Shown here: in pieces, positions 25,890-39,544 of the stretch | Numbering within the stretch: position 1 is the first letter of the stretch | Layout: each line of letters begins with the position of its first letter | Assembly (NCBI RefSeq): GCF_009834535.1 | Contig: NC_045696.1 | Span: forward strand, 24,058,001 to 24,122,000 | Origin: Camelus ferus | Taxonomy: Eukaryota | Reading direction: 5' to 3' | Length of the DNA stretch: 64,000 bases | Program-made: the position numbers and the translations under genes | The notes under the pieces: generated by a model | Database searches by the model: none | Seen by the model: only the letters and a program-made list of their open reading frames with translations | What the model was told of the DNA's origin: nothing

Positions 25890-26088
25890 AAAAATGAATA
25901 GAAATGTATAGAGAACTAAAAGTATCTTCACTTAAAATTTTAAACAGGGCATCTGACTTCTGAAGCAAAGAATTAAAAATATATATATTTTAAAGTTCAA
26001 TTAATGGTAATAATCCATCATAGAAAATAACAGATAACCAAAAAGAGTCAAATAAATGTCATCTATAATTCCAAAATTGCACATATAT

Positions 26089-26517
26089 TGTTATAGGTCG
26101 GCTTGTATGTCCACCTCCCCCACCCAAATTCAAATGTTGAGGTCCTAATCCCCGGCCCTCAGGATGTGTCCTTATTTGGAGATGGAGATTTTACAGAGGT
26201 AATCAATTGAAAGTGAGGTGACTAGTGTGGGCCCTGATCCAACATGACTGGTGTCCTTACAGAAAGGGAACATCTGGACACAAGCAGGCACAGAGGAAGA
26301 CCATGTGAGGAGACACAGGGAGAAGACAGCCATCTACAAGCCAAGGAGAGGGGCCTGAGAAGGATTCTTCCTACACAGCCCTCGGAAAAAGCCAGTCATG
26401 CTGCCACTGTGATTTTGGACTTCTAGCCTCCAGAACAGTGAGGCAATACACTTCTGTTGTTTAAGCCACAGTGCCAGTCTGTGGTACTTTGTCATGGCAG
26501 CTTTGCAAACTAACACA
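26089..26517 (+). mobile_element. ERVL-MaLR solo LTR, MLT1B-like
   Basis: TG...CA termini; ccaaattcaaatgttgaggtcctaa, gggccctgatccaacatgactggtgtcctta and ttggacttctagcctccagaac. Confidence 0.9.
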
Positions 26518-26519
26518 CT

Positions 26520-27480
26520 CTCCATCTTTTTGCTAAGTGCATAAAGAAATGAATAAACAAATAAATAAATGTATATATACATGGATATGTATCTATGTAA
26601 ATAACACATATGTGTGTATATATTTTTTAATTGGCATCATAATTTACACACTGTTTTGTAACCTTTTTTCATTTTATGTGCAGGAATATCTCACTACATC
26701 TTAAAATATGATAGTAATAATAATAATGAAAAATTTAACATGGAATAAGCATTTATTAGGTTCTGGGCACTGTTCTTTATGTCTGCTTGTAAAATATTTT
26801 ATATCTACTCTCTTAATCCTTATGATTTCTAGATAAACATCATAGCAAATGGTTATATAGTATTCCATTATATGGACATATCATAAGATATTTAAAGTAT
26901 ATCCTATCACCAAGTATTTAGGTTTATTCCATTGGGAGGGGTGTTAAAAAATATCCTTGCCATGAACATCTTTATATCATAGTCTAGGTGCATATATATT
27001 ACCTTCTTGTGATGAGGTTTCTGTGGGCTTATAGGTCTTCAAGCTAATTTGACAAAATAAATATTATATATTTATCTAATAAGTGCATATTTTATTTTAA
27101 AATATGTACATATAATATTCATGTACACAATACATATATGTATGTGTGTGTATATATTACATATGTATGTCCAGAGAAAGAGAGAGAAATTACCTTCCAG
27201 GATATTATGCCAATTTTACTAATTTTCACTCTCACTAGAAATAAATGAAAGTACCTATTTTTCTTTACCGTCTTGTTTTTTTAAAGTCCAGACAATTTGT
27301 AGGCAGATAATGATACCATATTGTCTTAATTGGATGTCTCTGACTCCTGAAAACTGGAACATTGAAAATGTGTGTTTTAGTCCTTCCTGTTTTATTTTTT
27401 GTGACTGTCTTGTTTCTTTGTTGACTTTTAATCCGAAATCATAGTGAAAGTCCTTCTGCTTTGGATTATTTTCATGATTT
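26520..27480 (-). mobile_element. Ancient L1ME-like 3' region
   Basis: aatggttatatagtattccattatatgg..., tttactaattttcactctcactag..., resembling degraded L1M 3' UTR and ORF2 end. Confidence 0.55.
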
Positions 27481-29830
27481 CCCAATCTCCCAGTGTTCCC
27501 CTAGTCAGTAAGAATTAACACCGGCTGATATTTGGTCACTCCAGCCCATAATTCCTCTTGTCCCCACTATGGTCGTATTTCTGACAACCTCGATCAAATA
27601 GTACACAAATACAAACCAAGAAATAAGATATAAGGGTCTCTAAGAATGAAGGAAAATATAACTATGAAGTTTATGAGAATTGCTCCGAAGGCAACCCTTC
27701 GAACAGTCTGTTTGTAATGATTTTAGCTGCATTAGATAATAAACTAAAAAAAATGAGAGAAAATGGTGACTCTTAGACGCTAACTCACATTAAATAAAAT
27801 ACGCTTCCTTTTTGTCTAAACTGTTCTCTCTGCATCGCTTCCTCCTTTACCCTCACTACATCTTTCTCACTCCCTTCTCCAGGATCCAAATGTTACTGTA
27901 GAGATTTAACTGAAATATGAGTTTGTCTGCACTGCCTTAGTAGATTGTCTGCCCATCCACTGCTCAGCTCCTTTTTCATGTACTAATATTACACTTCACA
28001 TAAATCTCTTACATGACTCTTGTTGTAATGTCTCTTAATTATTTGCGCATGTATCTGTTTGCAACATAGACTGTCATCACCTTTAGATCATAGGGCCTTT
28101 TGTCTTTGGAGTTTCAGTGCCTGGTCCCAGACAAAGGCTGTCATGGAGGAACCACATAATTGGTGACATCACTCGCCCTGAGGGTGTATTTGGATTGAGG
28201 GTGGATCCAAATATTTACTTTTATGTCTGAGGCTAAATCTTAGGAAATTTTGTTGATCTGCAGACTTGGCTCTTTGGAAGGAAACAAATGTACTAGCTTA
28301 AGCACAATGGAATGATATATGCATCCACATTAATCTCTAAAGGGCATAGTTACATATCCATGCATGCATATGTGACAAGTATAAATATCACAGAGCTCCT
28401 TGTCTTCCCTGGTCTCAGGTTTTTGTTTTCGTTGTTGTTTCTAATCTGCAAAAAAAAAAAAAAAAAAAAAAAAGAGAGAGAGAGTTGTGATGTGAACTCT
28501 AAGGGACTTTTCAGGCCTTAAAGCTTGTGATTCTCATTCTACTTGGCCGAGACTGGACGTGAAGTGTCTTCACTGCTATTTTGAGGGCAGGTTGAGCCTG
28601 GGGCCGCTCGTGTCACTGTCTCAGAGTCTCAGAGATAGCATGCTGTTTACACACAGCACAGCCGCCCTGCCTCTGATAACTGATCCTATCAGATGGGGTT
28701 ATTTCCAGCTGTCTTCAGGAGCAGACAGCTGCTGTGTCCAAATTTGCCTGCCTCACCACTGGAGAGTGGAAGAAACAGTCACTCTCCTTGTAGGGCTCTT
28801 GGGCTGCTAAACAAATGCTTGGGCAAACTCGTGGTCACAGGGACAGAGAGCCATCTGAAAAAGCTGACCTGGAACCAGGGCTGTTTCACATTTTCATTAG
28901 GTTTGCAAATGTGTTCAGAAGCCAGGTGGGGCCAGAATTCAGGGAGATCGAATGAGCCTAAAGAAATCTAGGAAGTGGCACAAATTCACACTCTGCTGAT
29001 AGTGATAATAATATTTGTTTGTAATCATGTACCTTTATAGGTATTACAGAGTTTTGGAGGCAAAGTAAGTATGCAGATATTGTATGTAGTGATGGTTCAA
29101 AATGATATCACAAAGAGCTGGAAAAGAGCTCAAAAGACAAAATGTTGGGGTCATGCCTGTATTCTCTACTCTAATGTGGTGCTGGATAGAGACTCAATAT
29201 TTAGGTCCTTTTCTCAGTGCAAAAACTAGGGCAGAAAAATAAAACTTAAAAATGGTTAGGACAGAGTGGGAGCAATAGTTGAAAATGGTAAATAAGACTT
29301 CTTAATCATATCATGAATATGACTCTTACATACCAGGACACTCCAGTAGGCATGCTAACTTAACCTGACACTGTTTATTAAAAAAAATGCTCCAGATAAC
29401 AATTTTGAAGATGGAATCAAGACTTCTGCTTAAGCCCTTAGCAAAGCTGCCCCTTAACCAGATACTGAATTGCTGGCACCAAAGGGAGCTTAGAGTCCAC
29501 TTCTTCCTGCCGGAACAGCGTTTCCTTTGCGCCATCCTGCAGTAGGACTTGTTTGCAAAGAGAGTGATGTGACCTGAACTGAAATGACCTTGTTTCTGAA
29601 GGGATATCAACAGCTCCCTGAGAGGAACAAATATCCCTGATTTAAGTTGAATTCAGAAGGATAACAGACTCAAGTCTAAGTCATTTAGTCTCTTTTAACC
29701 TGGCTTCTCCTTAACAAAAGGATTTGAAGGACAGGCTTAGATGTTGGCGTCCTGCAGTTGCTCCAAGACACTAAAGAATTTCTTTATGTAAATTCTAGCA
29801 ATACAACAACTTCAATTATACAAATTATTT

Positions 29831-29946
29831 TTTTATTAAGGTATACTTGAACTATAATATTATATTAGTTTCAGGTGTACAACATAATAATTTGATATTT
29901 GTATGTATTGTGAATTGATCACCACAAGAGGTCTAGTTAACATCTG
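29831..29946 (-). mobile_element. Short 5'-truncated L1 3' end
   Basis: tattatattagtttcaggtgtacaacataat...; perfect 12-bp TSD tacaaattattt (29819-29830 / 29947-29958). Confidence 0.9.
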
Positions 29947-30789
29947 TACAAATTATTTGAAACAGCTCTCTGTGATGTGCAAAGAATCAGATTTGGCATG
30001 GCAGAGGACTCAGAGGCCTCAGGAGCACTCTTCAGTAGAGATGTCAGCCACTAATCTTTCTAAGAAGAAAAAGATTAACTTTGGTTAGAATGCAGGTGTC
30101 ATTATTAAATAAAAACAGACCACAAAAATGAAACCCAAGGCATCCGCAGCTTCTCTAATGTTTTATCAGATAAATCTGAATAGCCTTGAATTTTCATAAT
30201 AAGGTCTAGAAGGCAAAATGATAACTCCATTGAAAAAAAAAGTCTTTTTTTTTTATATTCTTGGGCAATATTTGATTTTACAAGGTCAGAGATAATGGGA
30301 AACTAACATACTACAAAGAAATTAAGTGCTTGGTTTTCAATAAGCACTTATAATAGGTACATACGCTAATGAAGGAGTCTTATTTGGTTATAAATGATTG
30401 CAGGATATGTTGTAATAACAACCACACCATCATTTTAATATGTCTGCCAAGTACCATGAAGCATCTATCAAATATATTTCCAGCCTGAAGTTGTTGGGAA
30501 AATGTAGTTATTTTTGGGGATTCTTGAGAAACATTTATTCTCAGATGCTAGTTTTCTAGCGTTTTGAGAAAACTTTAAGCCACTTGTTATGGGAAATTAC
30601 TAAAATGGAAGAGACACCACCATGCCATGCTGCCCTTTCTGTTTTTAAAAATCTCTTTATCTCAGTGCTGTTCACCTCCTAGGGCAGGATGCATCTCAAA
30701 CACATTTTGCCAGTTGAAATGCAAGAGTATTTTTCTCCTTGAACATTGACATTGACCTTTTCTGGCTTTCCTATAGCAAAATATATAAA

Positions 30790-31035
30790 TAATAATTAAC
30801 ACTTGTTAAATGCCAAGAACTGTGTGAAGTGCATTTTACTCCTAAGCCTCAAAGGGATCCTATCAGATGGGTAGTCTTTGCTCCCAACCTTTGCTCCCAT
30901 TTTACAGCTGGGGAAACTGAGGTATAAGGTATGAAGTAACTTGTTCATGGTTACACAGATGATCAACAGCAGGGCAAGGAGGATCCCAACCCAGGCAGAT
31001 GGCTTCAGGGCCTGAATGCAGAGCCACTACACATT
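30790..31035 (-). mobile_element. MIR SINE
   Basis: cccattttacagctggggaaactgaggtataaggtatgaagtaacttgttcatggttacacag. Confidence 0.88.
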
Positions 31036-31344
31036 CAGCTTCATCTGAACAATTAGCAAAAACTACAAGGATTCAGATTTCTATGTGTATGTGGTGGTAT
31101 GTTTAATATTAAAGATTTTAAGGCCATTATTTCATAGGAAATAGGCTGCCACTTTGCTACTTCATAAATCACATTGCTAAAGTTGAAATTCCAAGTGCCA
31201 TATTTTAGCTGACTTAGAGGCATTTAAGTGCTGTTTCACCTGGAAAAACTGAGAACTTGAATTGTATTTGAAATAAAGATGTGAGGTGGGCATAGCTTGA
31301 AATTTTAAGGGCAATCAATGGTCTCCAATTGGTTTTTTGTTTGT

Positions 31345-31750
31345 TTGTTTTTAATTTTCCAACTTACAGAAAATCTGAGAGAATAGTATACAGACCCTTC
31401 ATTGAAGTTTATCATTGCTAATATTTTATCACATTTGATTTACATATTTTTTTCTTTAGCTCAATTATTTGTGAGTGAATCAGATATCATGACATATAAC
31501 CCTAAATATTTAACTATGTATCACTGAAAAATAAGGACAACTTCCTGCTTTCCCCCATAATATGCGGTATAGCCACATTATTACCACACTTAAAAGTTAT
31601 AGTAATTATAATTCTTTGATACCATTTAATAGTTAAGCCATATTCAAATTTCCTAAAATTGTGAAAAATATATATTCTACAGCTGTTTCATTCAAACCAC
31701 AGTCAAAACAAGGTCCAGCCATTGCATTTACTTCTTATAACTCATCTCTT
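31345..31750 (-). mobile_element. Old L1 (L1MC4/5-like) 3' end
   Basis: cagatatcatgacat...ccctaaatatttaactatgtatc...aaaaataaggaca...catattcaaatttcc. Confidence 0.7.
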
Positions 31751-32619
31751 TTTTCTAATTTATTTTTGAAGTTGCTTCATTGGACTTCTACAAAGTCCTT
31801 AAAATAAGCAAGGTTTTTTTTTTTTTTTAATTCAAAAGCAAAGAATAGCACTTGGAGTTGATATCTTTTTAGAGAAACTGGAACAAATAAAAGAGAGCCA
31901 CCTGCCTTTTAGTGATCTTTTAGATATCCTTTCCAGTTGCCTCTTACAATGACTTGCCACCTCTTAACCGTGGTCTCATCTTTTCCAGCCCTTGTGTCAG
32001 AGGAAAACCACTGAAAAAAGTTAAGCCTTAGAAATTCAGAGCTGAAAGGTCAAAAATGTTGGCAATCATCCAACATAACCACCTTCTTTAACACATTAGA
32101 AAACCAAGTTCCGAGGAGGCGAAGTAAACTGCCCTTCACCATGACACAATAGCAGAAAACGGAACTAGAACAAAAGTCCAGTCCTCTTTCCAGTAACACC
32201 ACAGCAGAAGAAGATCATATTACCTGGCCCCTGTCCTTCTAACAGAGTGCAGAACAAATGACTTTCCAGATCCTATGCTCTGGCACAAAAGTCAATAAGG
32301 CTATTACTGACATTCCAATTTGCATCAGTGACAGCACATTTTGTCAAACAAGTCTACAGGTGAGCCCCCAAGACCCAGTTCACATCTGTGGACACGTGGT
32401 CAAAGGTTTGTTCTGAGCCTTCTGTGTTCACCTGAATGCCCGATAAAGCCACGTGCAGGACTGGTCAGACTATGCTCTCAGTGGAACCTTGTACACACAG
32501 GCTTAAGGAGACCCAGTGCAACATCCTCTTCCCAGTCTGCCTTTAAACCGAGCTTCTCTTTTGCCACTGGGGAAATATTTCTCCTCTTTCCATGCCTTTC
32601 TGTGGCTGTCCCACTCCAC

Positions 32620-33095
32620 CAATCATGACTTGCCTTCACTCAAAAGGGAATTATAATCAGACTTGGCTAGTCATGGAACCTCAATCTCCTGTTCACAGTG
32701 ATTTACAGGGTACATGTGTGACCTGAGCAGAGCCAACCAAAGCACTTGTGCAATTCAATATATGGGAGTGAGACTATATGTGTGTGTGTGTATACATATA
32801 TATATATATATGCACACGCATACAATATACTGTGAGTAAGAGTATTCTCTCTTTCTTTTGGATCCTGTTAGAGTATGGGCTAGATGGACAACTTTTCTTG
32901 TCACATAGGGAGAACCTTATGCCAATACTTAAAGAAAAATTGACTCCTGCAGATCTGAGATATAGAAAGAGAGAGCCCTGACAACACCACTGGGGCCTAT
33001 TTGGAACGCTGTGAGAGTGAATTAATAAATGGACGTTTTTGCTTTTTATAGATGCTGTTGTATTTCTGTCATTTACATCCTAAAGAGTCTTTATG
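32620..33095 (+). mobile_element. Very old MLT1 (K/L-like) LTR with an internal (TG)n(TA)n microsatellite at about 32778-32812
   Basis: atgtgtgacctgagcagagccaa..., gagagagccctgacaaca..., aataaa, ttgtatttctgtcattt. Confidence 0.5.
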
Positions 33096-36000
33096 AGTAC
33101 AAAGTTCTGCTTTGCAGAGAATCATGAAACCCTGAGGTTTTCAAGACATCTAAAGATAGTGACTTGTACCTTGCCACACTATTTCTAATTTTGAAAGCAG
33201 AAGTTATACTTGTACAGGGGTCCTCTACCCAGCAGCGACCAATCAGAAATAAAATTTGTGTTTTTCCTTTTCTTTAGAGAGAGCAGTGCCAGAGACTTCA
33301 TCATTTAGGCCAGAATTAAAAAAAAAATCACCTGGGAGTCACAGATGATTTAGAAAGGGGGAAATATGGTGCCTTGAAATTACTTAAGAACCTTCCTTAG
33401 ATATATCGCCTTGGCTACATCAGTGAGGGTTGCCTTTTGAGAAAGGAGCGGGGGTGCATATGATAAATCTGGAAGGTGTAGGAAAAGAAGTCAAGATCAG
33501 TGACTTCTCCCTTGGGTAGGTCACTGAGGAGGAAGAGGACCAAGGCCCTGGGGTTAGTACACACCAGGACTGGCTCTGCCCCCGCCCCTGGGAAACTATC
33601 TGTATCTGTGTAACAGCAATTGCTGGGGCTTCCAACATGGACCACCCTGGGCCAACCTAACAACTGAAGAAGTGGAGTGGTGGCAGCATTCTGGACTAGC
33701 AACCACTGCTCCAAATGTGTAGAGTGGTCTTCAATTGTGAGAAGCAAGTCTTTAAGAATGTATGGCCTCATTTGAAGCCAACACTGGGCTCTCTTTACTT
33801 GATTCTGGGCAGAACTGCTGCAATAAATTTAGTGCGAGTTTTTGTATACACACGGTTACGATCCCAAGGGAGGCAATTATAGTTTATAAACCAGAAGAGG
33901 GAAATAACAAATCATTTGTTCTTACCCACAGGTGGCAGATACCTATAAGGATCTATGTATAGGGAAGGCACCATACTGCTTTTACATCCCCATCTCAGCG
34001 GATTAATTTTACTGAGAAGGTAACTCGTGAACTCCTTTTGACAATTGCTTTACATATCCCTCTTCTCTTACCTATGTCACTGTCTCATAGCCTGTGCCCT
34101 TTCTCATTTATTAGATGCCTTTCACAATCTGTAGCACATTCCTACTGTCTAGTCATCCCTTTGGTATTCTACCCACCAGAAATGTTTACTGGGCTGCCCC
34201 ATTGAGCTCAATATTTCTTCAGCCATCATTGTCAGGCTCCCTGACAGAGATTTCTGCTGTCACCCACTGGGATCTTGCTTCACTCTCTAGTCTGAATGTT
34301 CTGGAAACATTATTTTTGGTTTCAACATAGGCAATTAATCATGCACATTTATGACCTGCAACCTCCAAGAAAGCTTCAGAGAGAGAGTTCATGGACTAGT
34401 AGGCGAGATGCCAGCTCATATGTGGGGATACTTGATATTCCAGTACTTCCAGCTCTAAGACAGATTGCCTGAATCTGTGTACAAAGAGACATTTAAGTGC
34501 TCTGCTTTGGGGAGAAGCTAGGAAGCAGAAGAAATCATTTTAGAGTTCTTTCCAATTTTCCCACAGCCTACCTCCCCCAAACTACTTCAGTCTTTTTAAT
34601 CCTGTCCCTCAGGATTGTTTCTTTTTCCCTTTACTATCTACTACAACCTGAAAGCTGGCTCAGCCTAGAAAGCTTATTGGGCAGAAAACTGTAATACGGT
34701 GCATGGTCATGGGTAGAAAGGTCGTAGCAAAATATATGTTGGGGGTGGGTTGGGCATAGGAGCTGAAATCTGGGAGGAGTTTCATTACTCTAATAATAGA
34801 AACAGAGAAAACGAGAGAGGAAAACCAAAATCGTGATTCATTGTGAATTCAGATTCTAATTTGGTCCAATAGTTGTCTCCAAAGTCACTATATTACAAGA
34901 TTTAATTTTTTCTTTTATAAATTATGAAAGTAACTCTTGTTCCTTGTAACAAAATCAAATAAAACAGAAGTCTAAAAAATACAAAACCTCCCAAACCTGA
35001 TTCTCTGGGAGGAAAAATAGATTACAATTTGGTAATTTAAAAATATTTTTAGACTTTATATATATATTTTTTCTTTATATACATGTGTTATTTTCAACAT
35101 ATAATACACACATATAAAAGGTTCTTTTTTGGGAAAAAAAACCTGTTTTATTCTTTTGCATAAATGGGAGACCAATGAACACACTCTTCGACATATTATT
35201 TACTCTTATTCAAACATGGACACTACGATTGCTGTTTTGGAGGTATACAGATTTGAAGTTTAATGGCTAACTCCCTACAGATTATTATTTATGAAAGAGT
35301 CAATGTTAATTAATTTATCCAACAAGCAGTGAACAAAAAGCATTATATCTGTTCTTTTGGGGCTTGAATTCCATTAGGGAACTAAAGCCAAACCAAATAA
35401 ATATGTAAACAAGAAAAATATCAGATAGTAATAACTGCTATTCAAATAATGAAAATAATGATGCTGTGAGGAGTGACTGGGTAGCTACTTTAGATTTTAT
35501 GGCATCTCTTTAAAGTATTTTCCTCTGGGAAAAACAAATGTATGAGTTTTTCATCATAGTTTCTATATAATTAAGGTCTCAGGATTCAAATACATCTTCC
35601 AAATGCTAATAATTGGGAGTATAAATTCTAGCAGGCTTTGGGCAATGGTATCCTGTAAGGCCAGTTCTTTCTAAGTCAATAACTATGAGTTTGATTGACC
35701 TTGGCAGTATTACAGGGTCATATTTTTACATGGCTGAACTGTTCTTGAACAATTTCTACAATGTACTAGGTACAAATCGTCTTTTATTCAGCACCAGGCA
35801 TGTGTGTCTTATCTTCCCACCAATTCTCCCCCGTCCCTCCCCAAGTATTCTTTTACTAGTTTTATAAAAGAAAAACTATATAAGTAAAGAAAACTCATCC
35901 CCACTGGACTTTTTTCTTTCATTCTGCCCTCTCTTTTTGCTATGTTGTAGTTAATATTACATGGACTTCTGGTTTATTCTTAAGATGGATTTTATTTGTG

Positions 36001-36359
36001 AGTTTACCTCGTTTTGTGGCTCCACTGTCTCATAGAATAACCTCTTTTCAGTTTCATCAGAGGAAGGACAAAAACTAAGAAAGGGACATGGTTCTATCAG
36101 CAATTCACCTAGGAAAAATTCCCGGTTTTTTCTAATCTGTTCTACAAAGAGATTGCAATGTCATCACAAAAGAAACTGACATTGCAGTCAATTCTTAACT
36201 ATCAAAATATTTCCAAGAAAATATAATTTTAAATGAAGGAGTAAAACCCATTTCTGTGAAAGCAATCCTCCTTTTATCTCCATGCTTCCACCCAGCATAG
36301 GTGGGGGGAGGGGGGAGGGGTGTGGAAAGCACTGAACTAGAAACCAAGGAAGTCAGGCA

Positions 36360-36830
36360 GGATACCCACAAGGTTCCAGATGGCATGTTTAGGCAGAGTA
36401 ATTGAGGAGAATTTAAAGACAAAGCGATTTATCAAAATGTAGATAGGGTATAATGAAATCAACAAGAGGGTGAAATACTGAGGGGACCATTTCTGCTACC
36501 CCTATAGCTAAAAGGGCAAAAGAAAGTTGGAGCAGCTATAAATGTAGATGTAGAAAAGGGCACTGGGCTCTGGTGGGTACTGCAGACTCCCATTAAGACA
36601 CCCAGACAACACACAGTTTATCAGAGCAGGAATTGGGGGCATAAATACATCAACTCACTCTCCATGAAACTGGCATTTCCTGATGGTGATTCTGTTTGTC
36701 AGAACCCAACCAGAAGCTTGCGGACAAGAGAACTTGTGGACACAGTTCATACAGGTCAGCTTCCCAGGGCAAGGATCAGCATGGTAAAGGATGGAGAGGA
36801 GCTGTGAAGCAAAGAAAATAGCCTAGCACA
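36360..36830 (-). mobile_element. ERVL solo LTR, LTR33-like
   Basis: The minus strand begins TGtgctaggctattttc...tctccatcc...ccctgggaagctgacctgtatgaact...cttctggttgggtt..., matching the LTR33 layout as recalled. Confidence 0.65.
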
Positions 36831-37399
36831 TCAGATCCTACCGCAGGTGACATCTCAGGGTCCTGGGCTTTTGCTTTCCTCTCGAGGCTAAATGGCAGTT
36901 ACAGGTCTTCCCGGGCTTCAAGATTTTTTAGCTTCCCTTAACTCTAAATGTCTTATTTGAAGAGGAGGAAGTTAATGGCTGAAAAGTATAGTTGAATGCT
37001 ATACCAAAAAGCTTTTTAAAGAATTCTCAACATCTTTCTTTCCTTTCTTCCTTGATATATTCCCATGGTGATTTTCTGTTTGTTTATTTTAAAAAGAAAA
37101 GTTGCATGGGTAATTAGTTTTGTGTCAAATGTGGATGTACTCCATGGAGGTGTCTAAGTGTGCCATACTAAGAAATTGATTTTTATCATTATGCAGTATT
37201 TCTTGTAACAGCACTATGAATGTGAAATGTTTGTAGAGTTTATTTGCCATTTTCACATTTTCCTAGATTCAATATATTTATCAAAATTAAACATCATTGA
37301 CAAGTTTTGTTCTCCACTAAGCTCCCTGAGAAGAGTCCACATGCATCTTTGTGCCTCCATAGTATCCATGTAATGGGTTTAGCAGTGATTTCACAGAGA

Positions 37400-37630
37400 T
37401 TATTTGCATTTTGAGCTCTTATACTGTGTTAAGCTCTGTGCTAAATGCCCTTTAAACACTGGTCTACTTCAATCATCAAAACAACCTTAAGAGTTTGCAG
37501 ATGAGAAAATTTAAGCTCACAGAGGTTAAATAACTTGCCCAAGTCAAACAGCCTGTAAGTGTTACAGCCAGGAGCTAATCTGGGTCTGGGTGACTGCTAA
37601 ATTTTAGCTTTTAGTTAGTACATGGAACTG
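37400..37630 (-). mobile_element. MIR SINE
   Basis: ttgcagatgagaaaatttaagctcacagaggttaaataacttgcccaagtcaaacagc. Confidence 0.85.
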
Positions 37631-37789
37631 CCACTTGGAAATAAATATGACAAGGATGTGTTCAAAGGGCTTTCTATAGCATCTGGCAGAAGAGCACTGA
37701 GGACATTGTTGGTGGTATTAGTATAAGCATCGTTATCATTATATCAAGGAAGAGGAAAAGATTCCTATCCTCAAGTATGTTAAAATGTG

Positions 37790-38730
37790 GTAGGAAGTAT
37801 TAGATAATTACTCAAATGACTGTAATACAAGCTAGCATAAGGCAAGGACCATAAGGCAAGTACAAATATATGTATGAGGGAGGTGGCCCACTGAACAATG
37901 GACAGGGTTTCAATAGCTAGGGGATGAAAGGAAGTCACTCCAGGTAGAGAGAACATCATGAACAATGGCAGTGAGGCTGGAACACAGGGTGTGTGCAGGA
38001 TCAACAAGGAGTTTAATGACTAGAGCATGGGGAGGTGTAGGGGACAAGAAAAGAAAAGACTGGAAAGGTAGGATGAGGCCTAGTGAGTAATCTACCTAAT
38101 TGCATTATCATCCAGCACATAGTTCTAGAACTTGTTGACAAGAGAGCGCATCAAATGCTGTGATGAAATCTATATGTGTTTTGTCTAGTAGACTTCCCTG
38201 ATCTAGCAATTTTGCAACCTGACCAAAGAAAATGAAGTCAACATGACTCACCAGCCCAGTTCTGCTCTCCTGCAGTATATTTTCCACACTAAAATCAGGG
38301 TAAACCTTTTAAAATTCAAATCCTATTATATTAGATTGTTAGCAACTCGCTTGACTAGCTTCTCATTTCCCAGATTCGCATTCTTACCTCTTTCCAGACG
38401 TCAACTTTAAGAGGTTCTTCTCTCTGTTTCTGGGATGCGCTTTCTTCTGGGCAGCACGCTCTTCCCTCACACTTCTGTCCCTGGTGACTGCCTCCCAGGT
38501 CCCAGCCTAGCTGGGCTTCTTCTGTGATGTCATTCCCGAGGTCTTCTTTGTAGCCTCCACTCTGCAGAGCTCTCTTAAACCGTTTGTCTCATACCTCTAA
38601 TTGTGCACTTGCCACAATATTTTGTCATATTAATTTAAATTTCAGAGGTTTTTTCTTATTTATTCTTACATACCCAGTTTCTGGAGCAAAGTAGGTATGC
38701 AGTAAGTGTTCACTGAGTAAATGAATGGAT
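37790..38730. mobile_element. L2 fragments (minus strand about 37860-38080; plus-strand 3' end about 38560-38730)
   Basis: cactccaggtagagagaacatcatgaacaa...gaggctggaa and tacccagtttctggagcaaagtaggtatgcagtaagtgttcactgagtaaatgaatggat. Confidence 0.55.
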
Positions 38731-39544
38731 GGACAAAGTCGTGGCATTTTCCTTGTGGACAGACTTAGCTTGAAAGTCACAGAACTGAGAAGTTTTCTTT
38801 CGTCCATCCTTAGATGGTGAGGCTTTCAGCATCTTATATATATAGCTTAAGTCTCTCCCTCCTCTATTAATCTCTGAGATGGTTGTCAAGATAACTTCTT
38901 TGTATCCTTAATCTGTCCAGGTGGCTGTAATATGCTCCAACAATTATAGCATTTGTTTTCTGTTCTTTTTACTTCAAATATCCCCAAAGCCTCTTTCCCC
39001 TCAGCTGGTCAATTTTCAAAGAATTCTCTTATGAAAAGTGCGTGTTTCCTTACTTCAAGCCTATGTCCCAGCACATTATGTTTTAAGATTGTATTCCCTG
39101 TTGTTTTCTCCCAAGAGTTAATGGAAATCACCCAAATCACTTTTCTTTGAACCTACAGGTGTAGTTCTTTCATAGGAACAAGTTTCCATTTCTTTTGAGA
39201 GATCCATCCAAGCCAATCTCTAGTTACCCTCAGAATTCAGTGCAAAACCACTTGGGGAAGGAGCTGTACAACCCACTCTAATCAATGCTTGTCAGACTGC
39301 ATGCCACACATGCTGCCATTTTATACATTATTTATACACTGATCAAAAAATGATTTGACACAACTAATTTCATAATTTAGCTTAATGATTCTGACTTAAG
39401 AATGACTCAATTCAATTCATTAAGGATTGAGTTGGCTATAATCCCTTTACAAAGATATTTACCCACTAGTTAAAACCTTATCTTCATTGGATTTTATTCT
39501 CTAATATTGTTTCTTCCTGGCATCCAAGAAGTTCAGGCAGTTTT

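Noticed and set aside
33926..33939. CTCF-like motif cccacaggtggcag (another near 61592)
   Set aside because: Mismatches in the 5' core; partial matches like this are common.
36301..36325. G-run cluster, possible G-quadruplex
   Set aside because: Only three clear G-tracts plus GG, with no promoter context.
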